Positions 1-10,776 of a stretch of 64,000 bases of DNA are shown here, piece by piece (the first letter of the stretch is position 1; every line of letters begins with the position of its first letter). The position numbers and the translations under genes were made by a program. The DNA is from Escherichia coli. Its GTDB lineage: Bacteria; Pseudomonadota; Gammaproteobacteria; Enterobacterales; Enterobacteriaceae. The notes beneath the pieces are model-generated. The model did no database searches. It saw only the letters and a program-made list of their open reading frames with translations, and was not told where the DNA came from. Location: assembly GCF_013315695.1 (NCBI RefSeq), contig NZ_CP054353.1, one strand, 5' to 3'.

Positions 1-251
1 AGTCGCTCATCTGCAACTTCCGTCTGGATTACGCTCCCATTGAGCAACAGTGGGATTTGCACTTCGCTGATTACTTTGCGGAAGATCTCAAGCTGCTCGC
101 CCCGTTAGCAAAAGATGGGCTGGTGGATGTGGATGAGAAGGGGATTCAAGTGACGGCGAAAGGTCGCTTGCTGATCCGCAACATTTGCATGTGCTTTGAT
201 ACCTATCTGCGCCAGAAAGCGCGGATGCAGCAGTTCTCACGGGTGATTTAA
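1..251 (+). CDS. hemN: 3' end of oxygen-independent coproporphyrinogen III oxidase (partial, 5' end outside window)
   Basis: ORF in frame from window edge to stop at 249-251; C-terminal translation ...LLIRNICMCFDTYLRQKARMQQFSRVI; synteny upstream of yshB-glnG. Confidence 0.7.
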   Translation, partial: SLICNFRLDYAPIEQQWDLHFADYFAEDLKLLAPLAKDGLVDVDEKGIQVTAKGRLLIRNICMCFDTYLRQKARMQQFSRVI

Positions 252-317
252 ATAGTGAATGGCGCTTCGTTTACAAAGTAGAAAACGAAAGCGCCATCAA
301 TGTGCTGAGAACAAGAT

Positions 318-470
318 TGCCTGATGCGCTGGGCAACAAAACCTGTAGAAATTATTGCTTTTGTAGGCCAGATAAGGCGTTTACGCCGCATCCGGCATCT
401 GAGCATGATGCCTGATGCGACGCTGGTCGCGTCTTATCAGGCCTACGACTTTCTCCGCATCCGGCATAAA
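318..470. repeat. REP/BIME cluster (several repetitive extragenic palindromic units)
   Basis: Seen directly: units tgcctgatgcgacgctggtcgcgtcttatcaggcctac and inverted gtaggccagataaggcgtttacgccgcatccggca, matching the E. coli REP consensus. Confidence 0.8.
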
Positions 471-479
471 CAACGAGCT

Positions 480-590
480 TCAGCTAAACAGCCCAATCAT
501 CGCGGCACACAGCACGGCAGCAACGGCAGTTTGCGGTGTGTGGCTGTCAACTGCGCCACTCGATACCAGATTAATTATTGATTCCAGCAT
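480..590 (-). CDS. yshB: small protein YshB (36 aa)
   Basis: Manual translation of minus strand gives MLESIINLVSSGAVDSHTPQTAVAAVLCAAMIGLFS; below the ORF-track size cutoff; position between hemN and glnG as in K-12. Confidence 0.55.
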   Translation of the reverse strand: MLESIINLVSSGAVDSHTPQTAVAAVLCAAMIGLFS

Positions 591-701
591 AATGACTCTC
601 CCCGTTTTCCGGGCAAGATCATACTGAACTTATCGGAACAGTAAAGCGCAAAATACCAGCAATTTGCGCTCAATAATCAATCTTTACTCACAAGCCGTGA
701 A

Positions 702-2111
702 TCACTCCATCCCTAGCTCTTTTAACTTACGCGTCAGGGTGTTGCGGCCCCAGCCGAGTAGCCGCGCCGCTTCCTGTTTATGCCCCTGCGTATGTCGCAA
801 CGCGGTCGTCAGTAACGTCCGCTCCAGCTCAGGCTGCGCTTCGGAAAGCAGGTTTTGATGACCGGAACGCAGCGCTCTGTCTGCCCACTGCGCTAAAAGT
901 GTTGCCCAACTGTCCGGTTGCATTTGAGAAGTACTCTCCGCAACCGTTGATTCAAACAGTTCACCGGGCAAATCCTGAATCAACACTTCCTGCCCGGCGG
1001 CCATTACCGTTAACCAGCGGCAGGTGTTTTCCAGCTGACGCACGTTCCCCGGCCACGCCAGGCGCGTCAGCGCGGCTTCGGTTTCCGGATGCAGCAACTT
1101 CGCTTCTACGCCCAGTTCGCGCGCGGCAACCTGTAAAAAATGGCGTGCCAGACGGGGAATATCTTCCCGACGCTCACGCAATGGCGGCAGATGAACGCGG
1201 ATAACGTTCAGGCGGTGGAACAGATCCTCACGGAACTTACCTTCCTGCACCCGCTGTTCAAGATTCTGGTGAGTGGCAGCGATAATCCGCACATCCACTT
1301 TCACCGGCGCATAGCCGCCAACGCGATAAAACTGACCGTCTGCCAGCACGCGCAGCAAACGCGTCTGCACATCCAGCGGCATATCGCCAATTTCATCGAG
1401 GAATAATGTACCGCCATCAGCTTGTTCAAAACGCCCCTGACGAATGGTATTCGCGCCGGTAAATGCGCCTTTCTCGTGACCAAACAGTTCTGATTCGATC
1501 AAATCCTTCGGGATAGCAGCCATATTCAGCGCGATAAATGGCGCTTTGGCTCGCGGACTGTGGCGATGCAGGGCATGAGCGACCAGTTCTTTACCGGTGC
1601 CGGATTCGCCGTTAATCAGCACGCTAATAGAAGAACGCGAAAGCCGACCGATAATACGGAACACGTCCTGCATGGCTGGCGCTTCGCCGATGATATCGGT
1701 CGTTGGGCCGTTAAGCTGAACATTACGCGGCTGCTGCTGTTCCTGATAATGGCTGATGGCGCGCTCAACCAGCGCCACGGCTTCGTCGATATCAAACGGT
1801 TTGGGCAGATAATCAAACGCCCCTTGTTGATAGGCGCTGACGGCAGCATCCAGATCGGAATGTGCGGTCATAATGATGACCGGAAGCATCGGATGGCGCT
1901 GTTTAATCTGCTTGAGCAGCGCCAGCCCGTCCATTCCCGGCATACGGATATCTGAAAGCAGTACATCCGGCGTTTTGCTCGCCAACGCCTCCAGTACTTC
2001 CGCGCCGTTCTCAAATGTCGTACAGGTTAAACCCGCTCCAGCGAGCGCACGTTCAAGCACCCAACGGATGGAACTATCGTCATCGACTACCCAGACTATC
2101 CCTCGTTGCAT
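702..2111 (-). CDS. glnG: nitrogen regulation response regulator NtrC (sigma54-dependent AAA+ activator)
   Basis: ORF 702..2171; likely start [14 protein letters not shown] at 2111; receiver domain, GESGTGKE Walker A, GAFTGA sigma54-interaction motif, C-terminal HTH. Confidence 0.93.
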   Translation of the reverse strand: MQRGIVWVVDDDSSIRWVLERALAGAGLTCTTFENGAEVLEALASKTPDVLLSDIRMPGMDGLALLKQIKQRHPMLPVIIMTAHSDLDAAVSAYQQGAFDYLPKPFDIDEAVALVERAISHYQEQQQPRNVQLNGPTTDIIGEAPAMQDVFRIIGRLSRSSISVLINGESGTGKELVAHALHRHSPRAKAPFIALNMAAIPKDLIESELFGHEKGAFTGANTIRQGRFEQADGGTLFLDEIGDMPLDVQTRLLRVLADGQFYRVGGYAPVKVDVRIIAATHQNLEQRVQEGKFREDLFHRLNVIRVHLPPLRERREDIPRLARHFLQVAARELGVEAKLLHPETEAALTRLAWPGNVRQLENTCRWLTVMAAGQEVLIQDLPGELFESTVAESTSQMQPDSWATLLAQWADRALRSGHQNLLSEAQPELERTLLTTALRHTQGHKQEAARLLGWGRNTLTRKLKELGME

Positions 2112-2122
2112 AAACGTCACCT

Positions 2123-3172
2123 TTATTTCCTGATAGGCAGGTAAACCGAGAACTCGGTATGACCTGGCCAACTGGTAAATTCAATTTTGCCTGAATGCTG
2201 ATCAATCAAATTACGGGCGATGGATAAGCCAAGCCCGGTGCCACCTTCGCGGCCGCTGACCATCGGGTAAAACAGCGTATCCTGCAAATGAGGCGGAATG
2301 CCCGGCCCGTTATCTTCCACATCAATCCGCGCCGCCAGCCGATAGCGCTCGCCGTGTAAGGTCAGTTGAAACGCTGTGCGGGTACGCAGAATGATTTCAC
2401 CACCCTCCGGCCCCAGCGCCTGTAGCGCATTGCGCACAATATTCAGCAAGACCTGTTCAATTTGATCCGGGTCGTGCGCCAGTTCCGGCAGGCTGGGATC
2501 GTAATCACGAATCAACCGCACGTTGTCCGGCAGTTCCATCGACACCAGCGTCACCACGCGTTCAGCCACTTTGTGAATACTTTCGGTAACGTGCGTACCG
2601 GGCAGCTGCGGCCCCAACAGACGGTCGACCAGATTTCGCAGCCGGTCCGCCTGTTCGATAATCACTTTGGTATATTCGAGTAGTGACGGGTCAGGTAATG
2701 CCTTGCTGAGTAGCTGCGCCGCGCCACGTAAACCGCCAAGCGGATTTTTAATCTCATGCGCCAGGCCGCGCACTAAATCACGGGCAGCAACCTGCTGGGC
2801 GTGCTGTAGCTGTTCCTGACTTAAGCGGCGCTGGTTATCCATCGGTGCCATCTCCAGCAGGATCATGCCGTCCGGCATACGCTGAGCCGTCACAGAAAGG
2901 ATATGCGAGCGCCCGTCGATGACCAGCGTCACTTCGTTATCGGTAAAACCTTGCCCCGCCTCCAGACTTTCTTGCATCAGCTCGATATTTAATGAGAAGT
3001 AGCTCAACAGTTCCGGTAACGGCGTACCAAACAATTTGCGGGAGCTTTGGGCGAGCAGTTGTTGCGCGGCGGGGTTGGCGTAATGGATCGCCAGATTGTC
3101 ATCGATTAACAAAATACTGTTAATCAGCGAGTTGAGGATCTGCCCAGCATCGGGCTGCGTGCCTGTTGCCAT
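2123..3172 (-). CDS. glnL: nitrogen regulation sensor histidine kinase NtrB
   Basis: 349-aa ORF with H-box [17 protein letters not shown] and ATPase G-boxes; immediately upstream of glnG. Confidence 0.93.
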   Translation of the reverse strand: MATGTQPDAGQILNSLINSILLIDDNLAIHYANPAAQQLLAQSSRKLFGTPLPELLSYFSLNIELMQESLEAGQGFTDNEVTLVIDGRSHILSVTAQRMPDGMILLEMAPMDNQRRLSQEQLQHAQQVAARDLVRGLAHEIKNPLGGLRGAAQLLSKALPDPSLLEYTKVIIEQADRLRNLVDRLLGPQLPGTHVTESIHKVAERVVTLVSMELPDNVRLIRDYDPSLPELAHDPDQIEQVLLNIVRNALQALGPEGGEIILRTRTAFQLTLHGERYRLAARIDVEDNGPGIPPHLQDTLFYPMVSGREGGTGLGLSIARNLIDQHSGKIEFTSWPGHTEFSVYLPIRK

Positions 3173-3192
3173 AAAGCAGTCTCCTGAACAGG

Positions 3193-3210
3193 TTGCACCA
3201 TTTTAGTGCA
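3193..3210. promoter_or_regulatory. NtrC-binding palindrome in glnL promoter region
   Basis: ttgcaccattttagtgca resembles the NtrC consensus TGCACCA-N-TGGTGCA; lies between glnA stop and glnL start. Confidence 0.55.
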
Positions 3211-3258
3211 TTATAGCTTTTTACGGATAAAAAGCGCGAAGCATCAGAGAATTGACGG

Positions 3259-3286
3259 AGAAAAAAGCCCATGCAGAGATGGGCTG
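3259..3286 (-). terminator. Rho-independent terminator of glnA
   Basis: Minus-strand hairpin agccca-tctctgca-tgggct followed by U-run (plus strand aaaaaagcccatgcagagatgggct). Confidence 0.7.
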
Positions 3287-3345
3287 AAAGTTTCCACGGC
3301 AACTAAATCCCGGCGTTGTTGCGCCGGGTAGTACAACTTCAACTA

Positions 3346-4755
3346 TTAGACGCTGTAGTACAGCTCAAACTCTACCGGATGCGGAGTCATACGCACGCGG
3401 TCATCTTCTTCGCGACGCAGAGCGATGTACGCATCGATCGCTTCATCAGTGAACACGCCACCGGCTTTCAGGAACTCGCGGTCCAGATCCAGTTCGTTCA
3501 GTGCTTCTTCCAGAGAGCCTGCAACCTGTGGGATCTCTTTCGCTTCTTCTGGCGGCAGGTCATACAGGTTTTTGTCCATGGCTTCGCCCGGATGGATCTT
3601 GTTTTTGATGCCATCAAGACCGGCCATCAGCAGGGCAGCAAAGCACAGATACGGGTTAGCCGCCGGGTCCGGGAAACGCACTTCGATACGACGTGCTTTC
3701 GGAGAAGAAACCACCGGAATACGGATGGAAGCAGAACGGTTACGCGCAGAGTAAGCCAGCATTACCGGTGCTTCGTAGCCCGGGACCAGACGCTTGTAAG
3801 AGTTGGTGGTCGGGTTTGCCAGGGCGTTAATCGCTTTAGCGTGTTTGATTACGCCGCCAATGTAGTACAGCGCCTGTTCAGACAGACCTGCGTATTTGTC
3901 GCCCGCGAACAGGTTAACGCCGTTTTTAGACAGCGACATGTGGCAGTGCATACCGGAACCGTTATCACCGAACATCGGTTTTGGCATAAAGGTCGCAGTT
4001 TTACCGAAGCGGTGCGCTACGTTGTGCACAACATATTTGTAGATCTGAATTTCGTCAGCTTTTTTGGTCATGGTATTGAAGCGGGTAGCCACTTCGTTCT
4101 GACCAGCAGTCGCTACTTCGTGGTGATGGGCTTCAACCACCAGACCCATCTGTTCCATCACCAGACACATTTCAGAACGAATGTCCTGAGCAGAGTCTAC
4201 CGGCGGAACCGGGAAGTAACCGCCTTTCACTGCCGGACGGTGACCTTTGTTACCACCTTCATATTGGGTGGAGGAGTTCCATGCACCTTCGATATCATCG
4301 ATAGCAACGTGGGAACCGGAGATAGATGATCCGAAACGGATGTCATCGAACAGGAAGAATTCAGGTTCTGGCCCGAACAGTACGGTGTCGGCAATGCCAG
4401 TAGAACGCAGGTAATCTTCAGCGCGCTTCGCAATGGAGCGTGGGTCACGGTCATAGCCTTGCAGGGTGCCAGGTTCAAGGATGTCGCAACGGATAATCAG
4501 GGTAGAGTCGGCGAAGAATGGGTCAATCACTGCGGTGGATGCGTCTGGCATCAGCACCATGTCGGATTCGTTAATGCCTTTCCAGCCGCCAATCGAGGAG
4601 CCGTCAAACATTTTGCCTTCTTCGAAGAATTCAGCATTCACCTGATGAGCAGGGATAGTGACGTGCTGTTCTTTACCTTTGGTATCGGTGAAGCGCAAAT
4701 CAACAAACTTCACTTCGTGCTCGTTCAGCATCGTCAGTACGTGTTCAGCGGACAT
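3346..4755 (-). CDS. glnA: glutamine synthetase type I
   Basis: 469-aa [27 protein letters not shown]...; adenylylation-site region NLYDLPPEE; classic glnALG arrangement. Confidence 0.97.
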
Positions 4756-4838
4756 ACTTTAACTCTCCTGGATTGGTCATGGTCGTCGTGGTAACGAAAT
4801 CTGCAATTATTTTGGCCGTGTCGCCGTAAAAAAGATAA

Positions 4839-4855
4839 AGCGAAATCTGTGCCAA
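4839..4855 (-). promoter_or_regulatory. sigma54 promoter glnAp2 (-24/-12 elements)
   Basis: Minus-strand ttggcacagatttcgct matches TGGCAC-N5-TTGC(A/T) class; about 85 bp upstream of glnA ATG. Confidence 0.8.
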
Positions 4856-4927
4856 CTTTTAAATTGCCCCTAAAAGGCGTTATCATGCTTAACATCGTGC
4901 AAAAGGGCTGCACCATGATGTGAATGT

Positions 4928-4976
4928 TGCACCAATATAGTGCTTCAATGGAAACATTAAGCACCATGTTGGTGCA
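4928..4976. promoter_or_regulatory. NtrC enhancer sites upstream of glnAp2
   Basis: Palindromes tgcaccaatatagtgctt (4928..4945) and gcaccatgttggtgca (4961..4976), both matching the NtrC dyad. Confidence 0.75.
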
Positions 4977-5127
4977 ATGACCTTTGGATAACCCTTTTTA
5001 TGCTCCGTGAAAGCGATCACAAAGGGACTCTGCAATACTTGTTTGCGGAGGATGTTTGTGATCCTGTTTTGTAGTGCGATTAATCCGTGTACAATAACGC
5101 GCTATTTCTAATGCCTGAGGCAAAGTT

Positions 5128-6951
5128 GTGATCGAAAAATTGCGTAATATCGCCATCATCGCGCACGTAGACCATGGTAAAACCACCCTGGTAGACAAGC
5201 TGCTCCAACAATCCGGTACGTTCGACTCTCGTGCCGAAACCCAAGAGCGCGTGATGGACTCCAACGATTTGGAGAAAGAGCGTGGGATTACCATCCTCGC
5301 GAAAAACACCGCTATCAAATGGAATGATTACCGTATCAACATCGTTGATACCCCGGGGCACGCCGACTTCGGTGGTGAAGTTGAACGTGTAATGTCCATG
5401 GTAGACTCAGTGCTGCTGGTGGTTGACGCATTTGACGGCCCGATGCCGCAAACGCGCTTCGTAACCAAAAAAGCGTTTGCTTACGGCCTGAAGCCGATTG
5501 TTGTTATCAACAAAGTTGACCGCCCTGGCGCGCGTCCTGATTGGGTTGTGGATCAGGTATTCGACCTGTTCGTTAACCTCGACGCGACCGACGAGCAGCT
5601 GGACTTCCCGATCGTTTACGCTTCTGCGCTGAACGGTATCGCGGGTCTGGACCACGAAGATATGGCGGAAGACATGACCCCGCTGTATCAGGCGATTGTT
5701 GACCACGTTCCTGCGCCGGACGTTGACCTTGACGGTCCGTTCCAGATGCAGATTTCTCAGCTCGATTACAACAGCTATGTTGGCGTTATCGGCATTGGCC
5801 GCATCAAGCGCGGTAAAGTGAAGCCGAACCAGCAGGTTACTATCATCGATAGCGAAGGCAAAACCCGCAACGCGAAAGTCGGTAAAGTGCTGGGCCACCT
5901 CGGTCTGGAACGTATCGAAACCGATCTGGCGGAAGCTGGCGATATCGTTGCGATCACGGGCCTTGGCGAACTGAACATTTCTGACACCGTTTGCGACACG
6001 CAAAACGTTGAAGCGCTGCCGGCACTCTCCGTTGATGAGCCGACCGTTTCTATGTTCTTCTGCGTTAACACCTCGCCGTTCTGCGGTAAAGAAGGTAAGT
6101 TCGTAACGTCTCGTCAGATCCTGGATCGTCTGAACAAAGAACTGGTACACAACGTTGCGCTGCGCGTAGAAGAAACCGAAGACGCCGATGCGTTCCGCGT
6201 TTCTGGTCGTGGCGAACTGCACCTGTCTGTTCTTATTGAAAACATGCGTCGTGAAGGTTTCGAACTGGCGGTATCCCGTCCGAAAGTAATCTTCCGTGAA
6301 ATCGACGGTCGTAAACAAGAGCCGTATGAAAACGTGACGCTGGACGTTGAAGAACAGCATCAGGGTTCTGTGATGCAGGCGCTGGGCGAACGTAAAGGCG
6401 ACCTGAAAAACATGAATCCAGACGGTAAAGGCCGCGTACGTCTCGACTACGTGATCCCAAGCCGTGGTCTGATTGGCTTCCGTTCTGAGTTCATGACCAT
6501 GACCTCTGGTACGGGTCTGTTATACTCCACCTTCAGCCACTATGACGACGTACGTCCGGGTGAAGTGGGTCAGCGTCAGAACGGCGTACTGATCTCTAAC
6601 GGTCAGGGTAAAGCGGTAGCGTTCGCGCTGTTCGGTCTGCAGGATCGCGGTAAGCTGTTCCTCGGTCACGGTGCAGAAGTTTACGAAGGTCAGATTATCG
6701 GTATTCACAGCCGCTCTAACGACCTGACTGTAAACTGCCTGACCGGTAAGAAACTGACCAACATGCGTGCTTCCGGTACTGACGAAGCCGTTGTTCTGGT
6801 TCCGCCTATCCGCATGACTCTGGAACAAGCTCTGGAGTTCATCGATGATGACGAACTGGTAGAAGTGACTCCAACCTCTATCCGTATTCGTAAACGTCAC
6901 CTGACGGAAAACGATCGTCGTCGCGCCAACCGCGCACCGAAAGACGATTAA
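5128..6951 (+). CDS. typA: ribosome-associated translational GTPase BipA/TypA
   Basis: 607-aa ORF with GTG start; [10 protein letters not shown]1 motif, DTPGH G3 motif, NKVD G4 motif; EF-G-like domain order. Confidence 0.95.
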   Translation: MIEKLRNIAIIAHVDHGKTTLVDKLLQQSGTFDSRAETQERVMDSNDLEKERGITILAKNTAIKWNDYRINIVDTPGHADFGGEVERVMSMVDSVLLVVDAFDGPMPQTRFVTKKAFAYGLKPIVVINKVDRPGARPDWVVDQVFDLFVNLDATDEQLDFPIVYASALNGIAGLDHEDMAEDMTPLYQAIVDHVPAPDVDLDGPFQMQISQLDYNSYVGVIGIGRIKRGKVKPNQQVTIIDSEGKTRNAKVGKVLGHLGLERIETDLAEAGDIVAITGLGELNISDTVCDTQNVEALPALSVDEPTVSMFFCVNTSPFCGKEGKFVTSRQILDRLNKELVHNVALRVEETEDADAFRVSGRGELHLSVLIENMRREGFELAVSRPKVIFREIDGRKQEPYENVTLDVEEQHQGSVMQALGERKGDLKNMNPDGKGRVRLDYVIPSRGLIGFRSEFMTMTSGTGLLYSTFSHYDDVRPGEVGQRQNGVLISNGQGKAVAFALFGLQDRGKLFLGHGAEVYEGQIIGIHSRSNDLTVNCLTGKKLTNMRASGTDEAVVLVPPIRMTLEQALEFIDDDELVEVTPTSIRIRKRHLTENDRRRANRAPKDD

Positions 6952-6970
6952 TTTCGTTTTTTAGTTATAA

Positions 6971-7001
6971 AAAACCTGCCATCGCTGGCAGGTTTTTTTT
7001 G
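6971..7001 (+). terminator. Rho-independent terminator of typA
   Basis: cctgccatcgctggcagg hairpin followed by tttttttt. Confidence 0.8.
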
Positions 7002-7056
7002 CTTATGGAAAACAAAATCCGCTGAAATTCCCAGCGGATTTTCCGAAATTTCAATT

Positions 7057-7845
7057 TCAGGATACTTCTTGCTCGGCAACCACCAGTTCAACATTCTCTT
7101 CACTTAACAACTGGCAGAAAGAATTGGGAGGCGGGGCATCAGTAAAAAAAGCCCTGACATTCCGTGCATTGCCAATTGAAACGGCAGCAGACGCGGCAAA
7201 CTTCGTATGATCGGCCACTAACAATGTATTCCGCGCATGTTTAATCATCGTTCTCGCGACTAACGCTTCATTTACATCAAATTCCAGTAGGGTGCCGTCA
7301 TGTTCAATGGCACCTATACTGGTGATTAAATAATCTGCGCGGAAGCCTTCAATAAAATCCACGGCTCCTGGGCCGATAATCCCGCCGTTATGAGCGCGTA
7401 AAGTGCCTCCCGGCACCATCACTTCAATATCCTGATTCTTATAAAGAATCTGTGCCACACGTAGGCTGTTAGTGATAATGCGTAAATCACGCCGGTTGAG
7501 TAATGCCCTGGCAACGGCTTCTACGGTTGTACCGATGGTGATAAAGACGGTACAGCGTTCGGGAAGGTAATCGGCGACTGCCTCAGCGATCGCCCGTTTC
7601 TCGGCGGTGAGCGAAAGTTCCCGTTGCTCAAAAGCGGTATTCATGACGCTGGAGACGCGCCCGGCCCCTCCATGATGACGGGTGATCAAGCCCTGCTCAC
7701 TGAGTTTTCGGATATCCCGGCGCACGGTTTGCGTTGAAACATCCAGCAGTTGTGCCAGTTCTTCAATATTCATATAACCGCGTTCTGCGATTAGATGAAC
7801 GAGTTGGTCATGGCGTGGATTACCTGTCACTTCGATGATACTCAT
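7057..7845 (-). CDS. DeoR-family transcriptional regulator (YihW/CsqR-like)
   Basis: 262-aa ORF; N-terminal HTH IEELAQLLDVSTQTVRRDIRKL; C-terminal DeoR sugar-phosphate-binding-type domain. Confidence 0.8.
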   Translation of the reverse strand: MSIIEVTGNPRHDQLVHLIAERGYMNIEELAQLLDVSTQTVRRDIRKLSEQGLITRHHGGAGRVSSVMNTAFEQRELSLTAEKRAIAEAVADYLPERCTVFITIGTTVEAVARALLNRRDLRIITNSLRVAQILYKNQDIEVMVPGGTLRAHNGGIIGPGAVDFIEGFRADYLITSIGAIEHDGTLLEFDVNEALVARTMIKHARNTLLVADHTKFAASAAVSIGNARNVRAFFTDAPPPNSFCQLLSEENVELVVAEQEVS

Positions 7846-7884
7846 GAATACTCCCTTGCCCCTCCTCGGTAGATGTTTACCATT

Positions 7885-8781
7885 TTACGCATAAAGTGAC
7901 AAAAATGATTCGGTTTGCTCACGATTAGGAATGCCGGCCCGACCGCCAGGCTGGGTACATTTCATCGCGGCAACCGCACTGGCAAAACGAATAGCCTCTT
8001 TTGTTGGCATTTTTTCTGCCAACGCTACCGCGAGTGCGCCGTGAAAAACATCGCCTGCTCCAGTGGTATCAACCACATTGACAGAAAATGCCTCCTGTTG
8101 ACACAAATGACCATCTTCAATCCACAACGATCCTTCAGAACCCAGCGTAACATACACTTTACCTGCTGTTTGTGTCGTTGCCTGGAACAAACCTTCTTCA
8201 GGTGACTGCAGGCCAGTCATGCGTTTCAGCCCTGGTGTTGAGAACACGGCGTGATCGGCAAGCGCGACAAGTGGAGAAATATCCTGCGGTGTCATATCGG
8301 CGTCTAAAAGCGTTGTCACACCCGCAAGGCGCGCTAGCGAGAATGCTTTTTCAGTACCGCTATGCCAGCGAACATCGGCCAGAATCAGATCATAACGAGA
8401 GAAATCGATCGCTTCTAACCATTCGGCATCAGTACCGAGATCAGGACTTGGATAATTAACGATAATCCGTTCGCCATGCTGATCAACGAGGATCGCTGAT
8501 TGCGACGAACGGGCGTTAGGATATCGGCGGCAAAATGCGGTATTGACGCCCCAACCCTCAAGTTCTGCAAGTAAGGTATTTCCACAACTGTCATCGCCGA
8601 CGCGACCGATGAAATCAACCTCCACGCCAAGCTTTGCGATTGCAACAGCGGCTGTTGCTGCCGGGCCGCCACCAATCTCAAGATAATGATTTGCCTGATA
8701 TTTCCCGCCGCCCTCCGGCAGAGTGGGCAAAGAATAAATTCTGTCCTGAACTGTGATACCCACGTATGCAATTCTGGTCAT
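7885..8781 (-). CDS. PfkB-family sugar kinase (YihV-like)
   Basis: Seen: GG dipeptide ...[13 protein letters not shown] and C-terminal [12 protein letters not shown]fkB signature; ATG at 8781 preferred over track TTG start at 8820. Confidence 0.8.
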   Translation of the reverse strand: MTRIAYVGITVQDRIYSLPTLPEGGGKYQANHYLEIGGGPAATAAVAIAKLGVEVDFIGRVGDDSCGNTLLAELEGWGVNTAFCRRYPNARSSQSAILVDQHGERIIVNYPSPDLGTDAEWLEAIDFSRYDLILADVRWHSGTEKAFSLARLAGVTTLLDADMTPQDISPLVALADHAVFSTPGLKRMTGLQSPEEGLFQATTQTAGKVYVTLGSEGSLWIEDGHLCQQEAFSVNVVDTTGAGDVFHGALAVALAEKMPTKEAIRFASAVAAMKCTQPGGRAGIPNREQTESFLSLYA

Positions 8782-8953
8782 ATTTGTCTTGTCCTGTTTA
8801 ATTTTGTCGTCTTTGGTCAATTTAAATGACGCAAATGATCAAATTAGTGATGCGTGTCGTGTTTTTGAACATAAATTACAAATATGCTCAAAAACAGACG
8901 AAAACGAATTTTCAATTGTCATTATTTTGTCAATGTCAGACAGGAGAGTATTC

Positions 8954-9832
8954 ATGGCAACCATTGCATTTCTCGGGCTGGGGCAGATGGGTAGCCCAAT
9001 GGCTAACAATCTATTGCAAAAAGGGCATTCATTGCAGGTATTTGATGTCAATGCACAGGCCGTCGATGCGCTAGTTACGCAGGGGGCCACTGCGGCACAA
9101 ACCCCAGCGGAAGCAGCAGCAGGCGCTGAATTTATCATCACTATGCTTCCCAATGGTGACATTGTTCGACAGGTTCTGTTGGGGGAAAAAGGCGTCTGTG
9201 AGGCTGTTTCATCTGACGCGTTATTGATTGATATGTCGACTATTCATCCCTTACAGACCGATGCATTAATACGGGAGTTACAAGAAAAAGGCATCAGTAT
9301 GATGGACGCTCCCGTGGGCAGAACGTCCGTGAATGCGATTGATGGCACATTGCTGATTTTAGCGGGTGGCACTGATGAGCAGATTGCACGTGCACGCCCG
9401 ATTCTCATGTGCATGGGTAATGAGCTGGTCGAGGCTGGCGGCCCAGGAATGGGGATCCGCGTGAAGCTAATTAACAACTATATGAGCATTGCGCTTAATG
9501 CGCTGTCCTCCGAGGCCGCTGTGTTATGTGAGTCACTGGGATTAAATCTTGATGTCGCAATTAAGGTGATGAGTGGTACGGCAGCAGGGAAAGGACATTT
9601 TACGACCACCTGGCCTGGCAAAGTGCTGAAAGGCGATCTTTCACCCGCCTTCATGGTGGATCTGGCGTTGAAAGATCTGCGTATTGCAGTTGACGTCGCT
9701 CGGGAGACGGGGGCACCGCTCAATATGGGGATTGCAGCAGAAAGTTATTACGCTGCAGCAAGTCAAGACGGCAAAGGGCGGCAGGACTGGAGTGCCCTGC
9801 TAAATCAGGTTCGCCAGCAGGCTGGTCTTTAA
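8954..9832 (+). CDS. NAD(P)-dependent beta-hydroxyacid dehydrogenase (YihU-like, 3-hydroxyisobutyrate dehydrogenase family)
   Basis: Start ATG at 8954 preceded by aggaga RBS; Rossmann motif [14 protein letters not shown]; track ORF begins earlier at a non-ATG codon. Confidence 0.8.
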   Translation: MATIAFLGLGQMGSPMANNLLQKGHSLQVFDVNAQAVDALVTQGATAAQTPAEAAAGAEFIITMLPNGDIVRQVLLGEKGVCEAVSSDALLIDMSTIHPLQTDALIRELQEKGISMMDAPVGRTSVNAIDGTLLILAGGTDEQIARARPILMCMGNELVEAGGPGMGIRVKLINNYMSIALNALSSEAAVLCESLGLNLDVAIKVMSGTAAGKGHFTTTWPGKVLKGDLSPAFMVDLALKDLRIAVDVARETGAPLNMGIAAESYYAAASQDGKGRQDWSALLNQVRQQAGL

Positions 9833-9856
9833 TTTTATCTATTAACAGGAGTTTCT

Positions 9857-10744
9857 ATGTCATCCCACTTCACCCCATTTACGCTGAAAGATATCTCCCG
9901 CCCAGGTGGTGGATTTGCCATGTTAGCTGTCGATCAGCGTGAGGCCATGCGCTTGATGTTTGCGGCAGCAGGGCAGCCAAAACCCATCGCCGACAGTGTA
10001 CTCACCGATTTTAAAGTTGCCGCGACCCGAATCCTTTCTCCTTATGCTTCTGCCGTTCTGGCGGATAAACAATTTTGTCTTGAGCAAATAGTCGAGCAGG
10101 GCGCTGTTGCTAATTCTTGCGGCCTGATTGTCGCTGCCGATCTTTTTATCCCAGGTAATGGCATCCCGGTTGATAGCGTTGAAATAGATATGTCCGTCGA
10201 CCCGCATAAAGCCCGTGAAATGGGGGCTAAGGCAATGAAATTACTTGTACTCTGGCGTGAAGATGAACCCGCAGAGGAACGTCTGGCAATGGTTGATAAA
10301 TTTGTTCGTCGCTGCCGTAGTGCCGGGCTGGTGAGCATTATTGAACCTGTGGTGCGTCCACCTCGTCGCGGTTGGGACTTTGATCGTGAAAGCGCCATTG
10401 TTGCCGCCGCCGCAGAGCTTGGTGGAACAGAGGCTGATCTTTACAAAGCCGAGATGCCATTAGGGGGCAAAGGCGATGAAAAAACCTTACTTGCCGCCTG
10501 TCAGCAACTTAACGATCAGATGAAGATGCCGTGGGTAATTCTTTCTTCTGGCGTTGATGCCGATATTTTTGGCCGTGCAGTAAGTATTGCCATGAAAGGT
10601 GGTGCGTCGGGCTTCCTGGCTGGACGAGCGGTTTGGGCGTCGGTTGTTGGTGCACAAGATCCACAAACTATGCTGCGCGATGTCTCTGTTCCTCGTTTAC
10701 AACGGTTGGCAGAAATTGTCGATGAAGGTATCGCGCAACGCTAA
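9857..10744 (+). CDS. class I aldolase, YihT/LacD-like (sugar-phosphate aldolase)
   Basis: 295-aa ORF with RBS aggag; resembles the YihT sulfofructose-phosphate aldolase / tagatose-bisphosphate aldolase family from memory. Confidence 0.7.
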   Translation: MSSHFTPFTLKDISRPGGGFAMLAVDQREAMRLMFAAAGQPKPIADSVLTDFKVAATRILSPYASAVLADKQFCLEQIVEQGAVANSCGLIVAADLFIPGNGIPVDSVEIDMSVDPHKAREMGAKAMKLLVLWREDEPAEERLAMVDKFVRRCRSAGLVSIIEPVVRPPRRGWDFDRESAIVAAAAELGGTEADLYKAEMPLGGKGDEKTLLAACQQLNDQMKMPWVILSSGVDADIFGRAVSIAMKGGASGFLAGRAVWASVVGAQDPQTMLRDVSVPRLQRLAEIVDEGIAQR

Positions 10745-10776
10745 TCCCCTATGGATATCGATTCTGGAGAATAACA

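Noticed and set aside
258-296. imperfect hairpin after hemN (ggcgcttcgttt...aaacgaaagcgcc)
   Set aside because: Stem has an indel and there is no U-run; not confidently a terminator.
3316-4329. 337-aa plus-strand ORF
   Set aside because: Lies entirely antisense within glnA; His/Arg/Val-rich low-complexity translation typical of a shadow ORF opposite a highly expressed gene.
5407-6360. 317-aa minus-strand ORF
   Set aside because: Antisense to typA; no RBS, atypical composition.
8753-8953. N-terminal extension of the YihU-like dehydrogenase (track ORF of 359 aa)
   Set aside because: Begins at a non-ATG codon inside the divergent promoter region; the ATG at 8954 has a proper RBS and starts exactly at the Rossmann fold.
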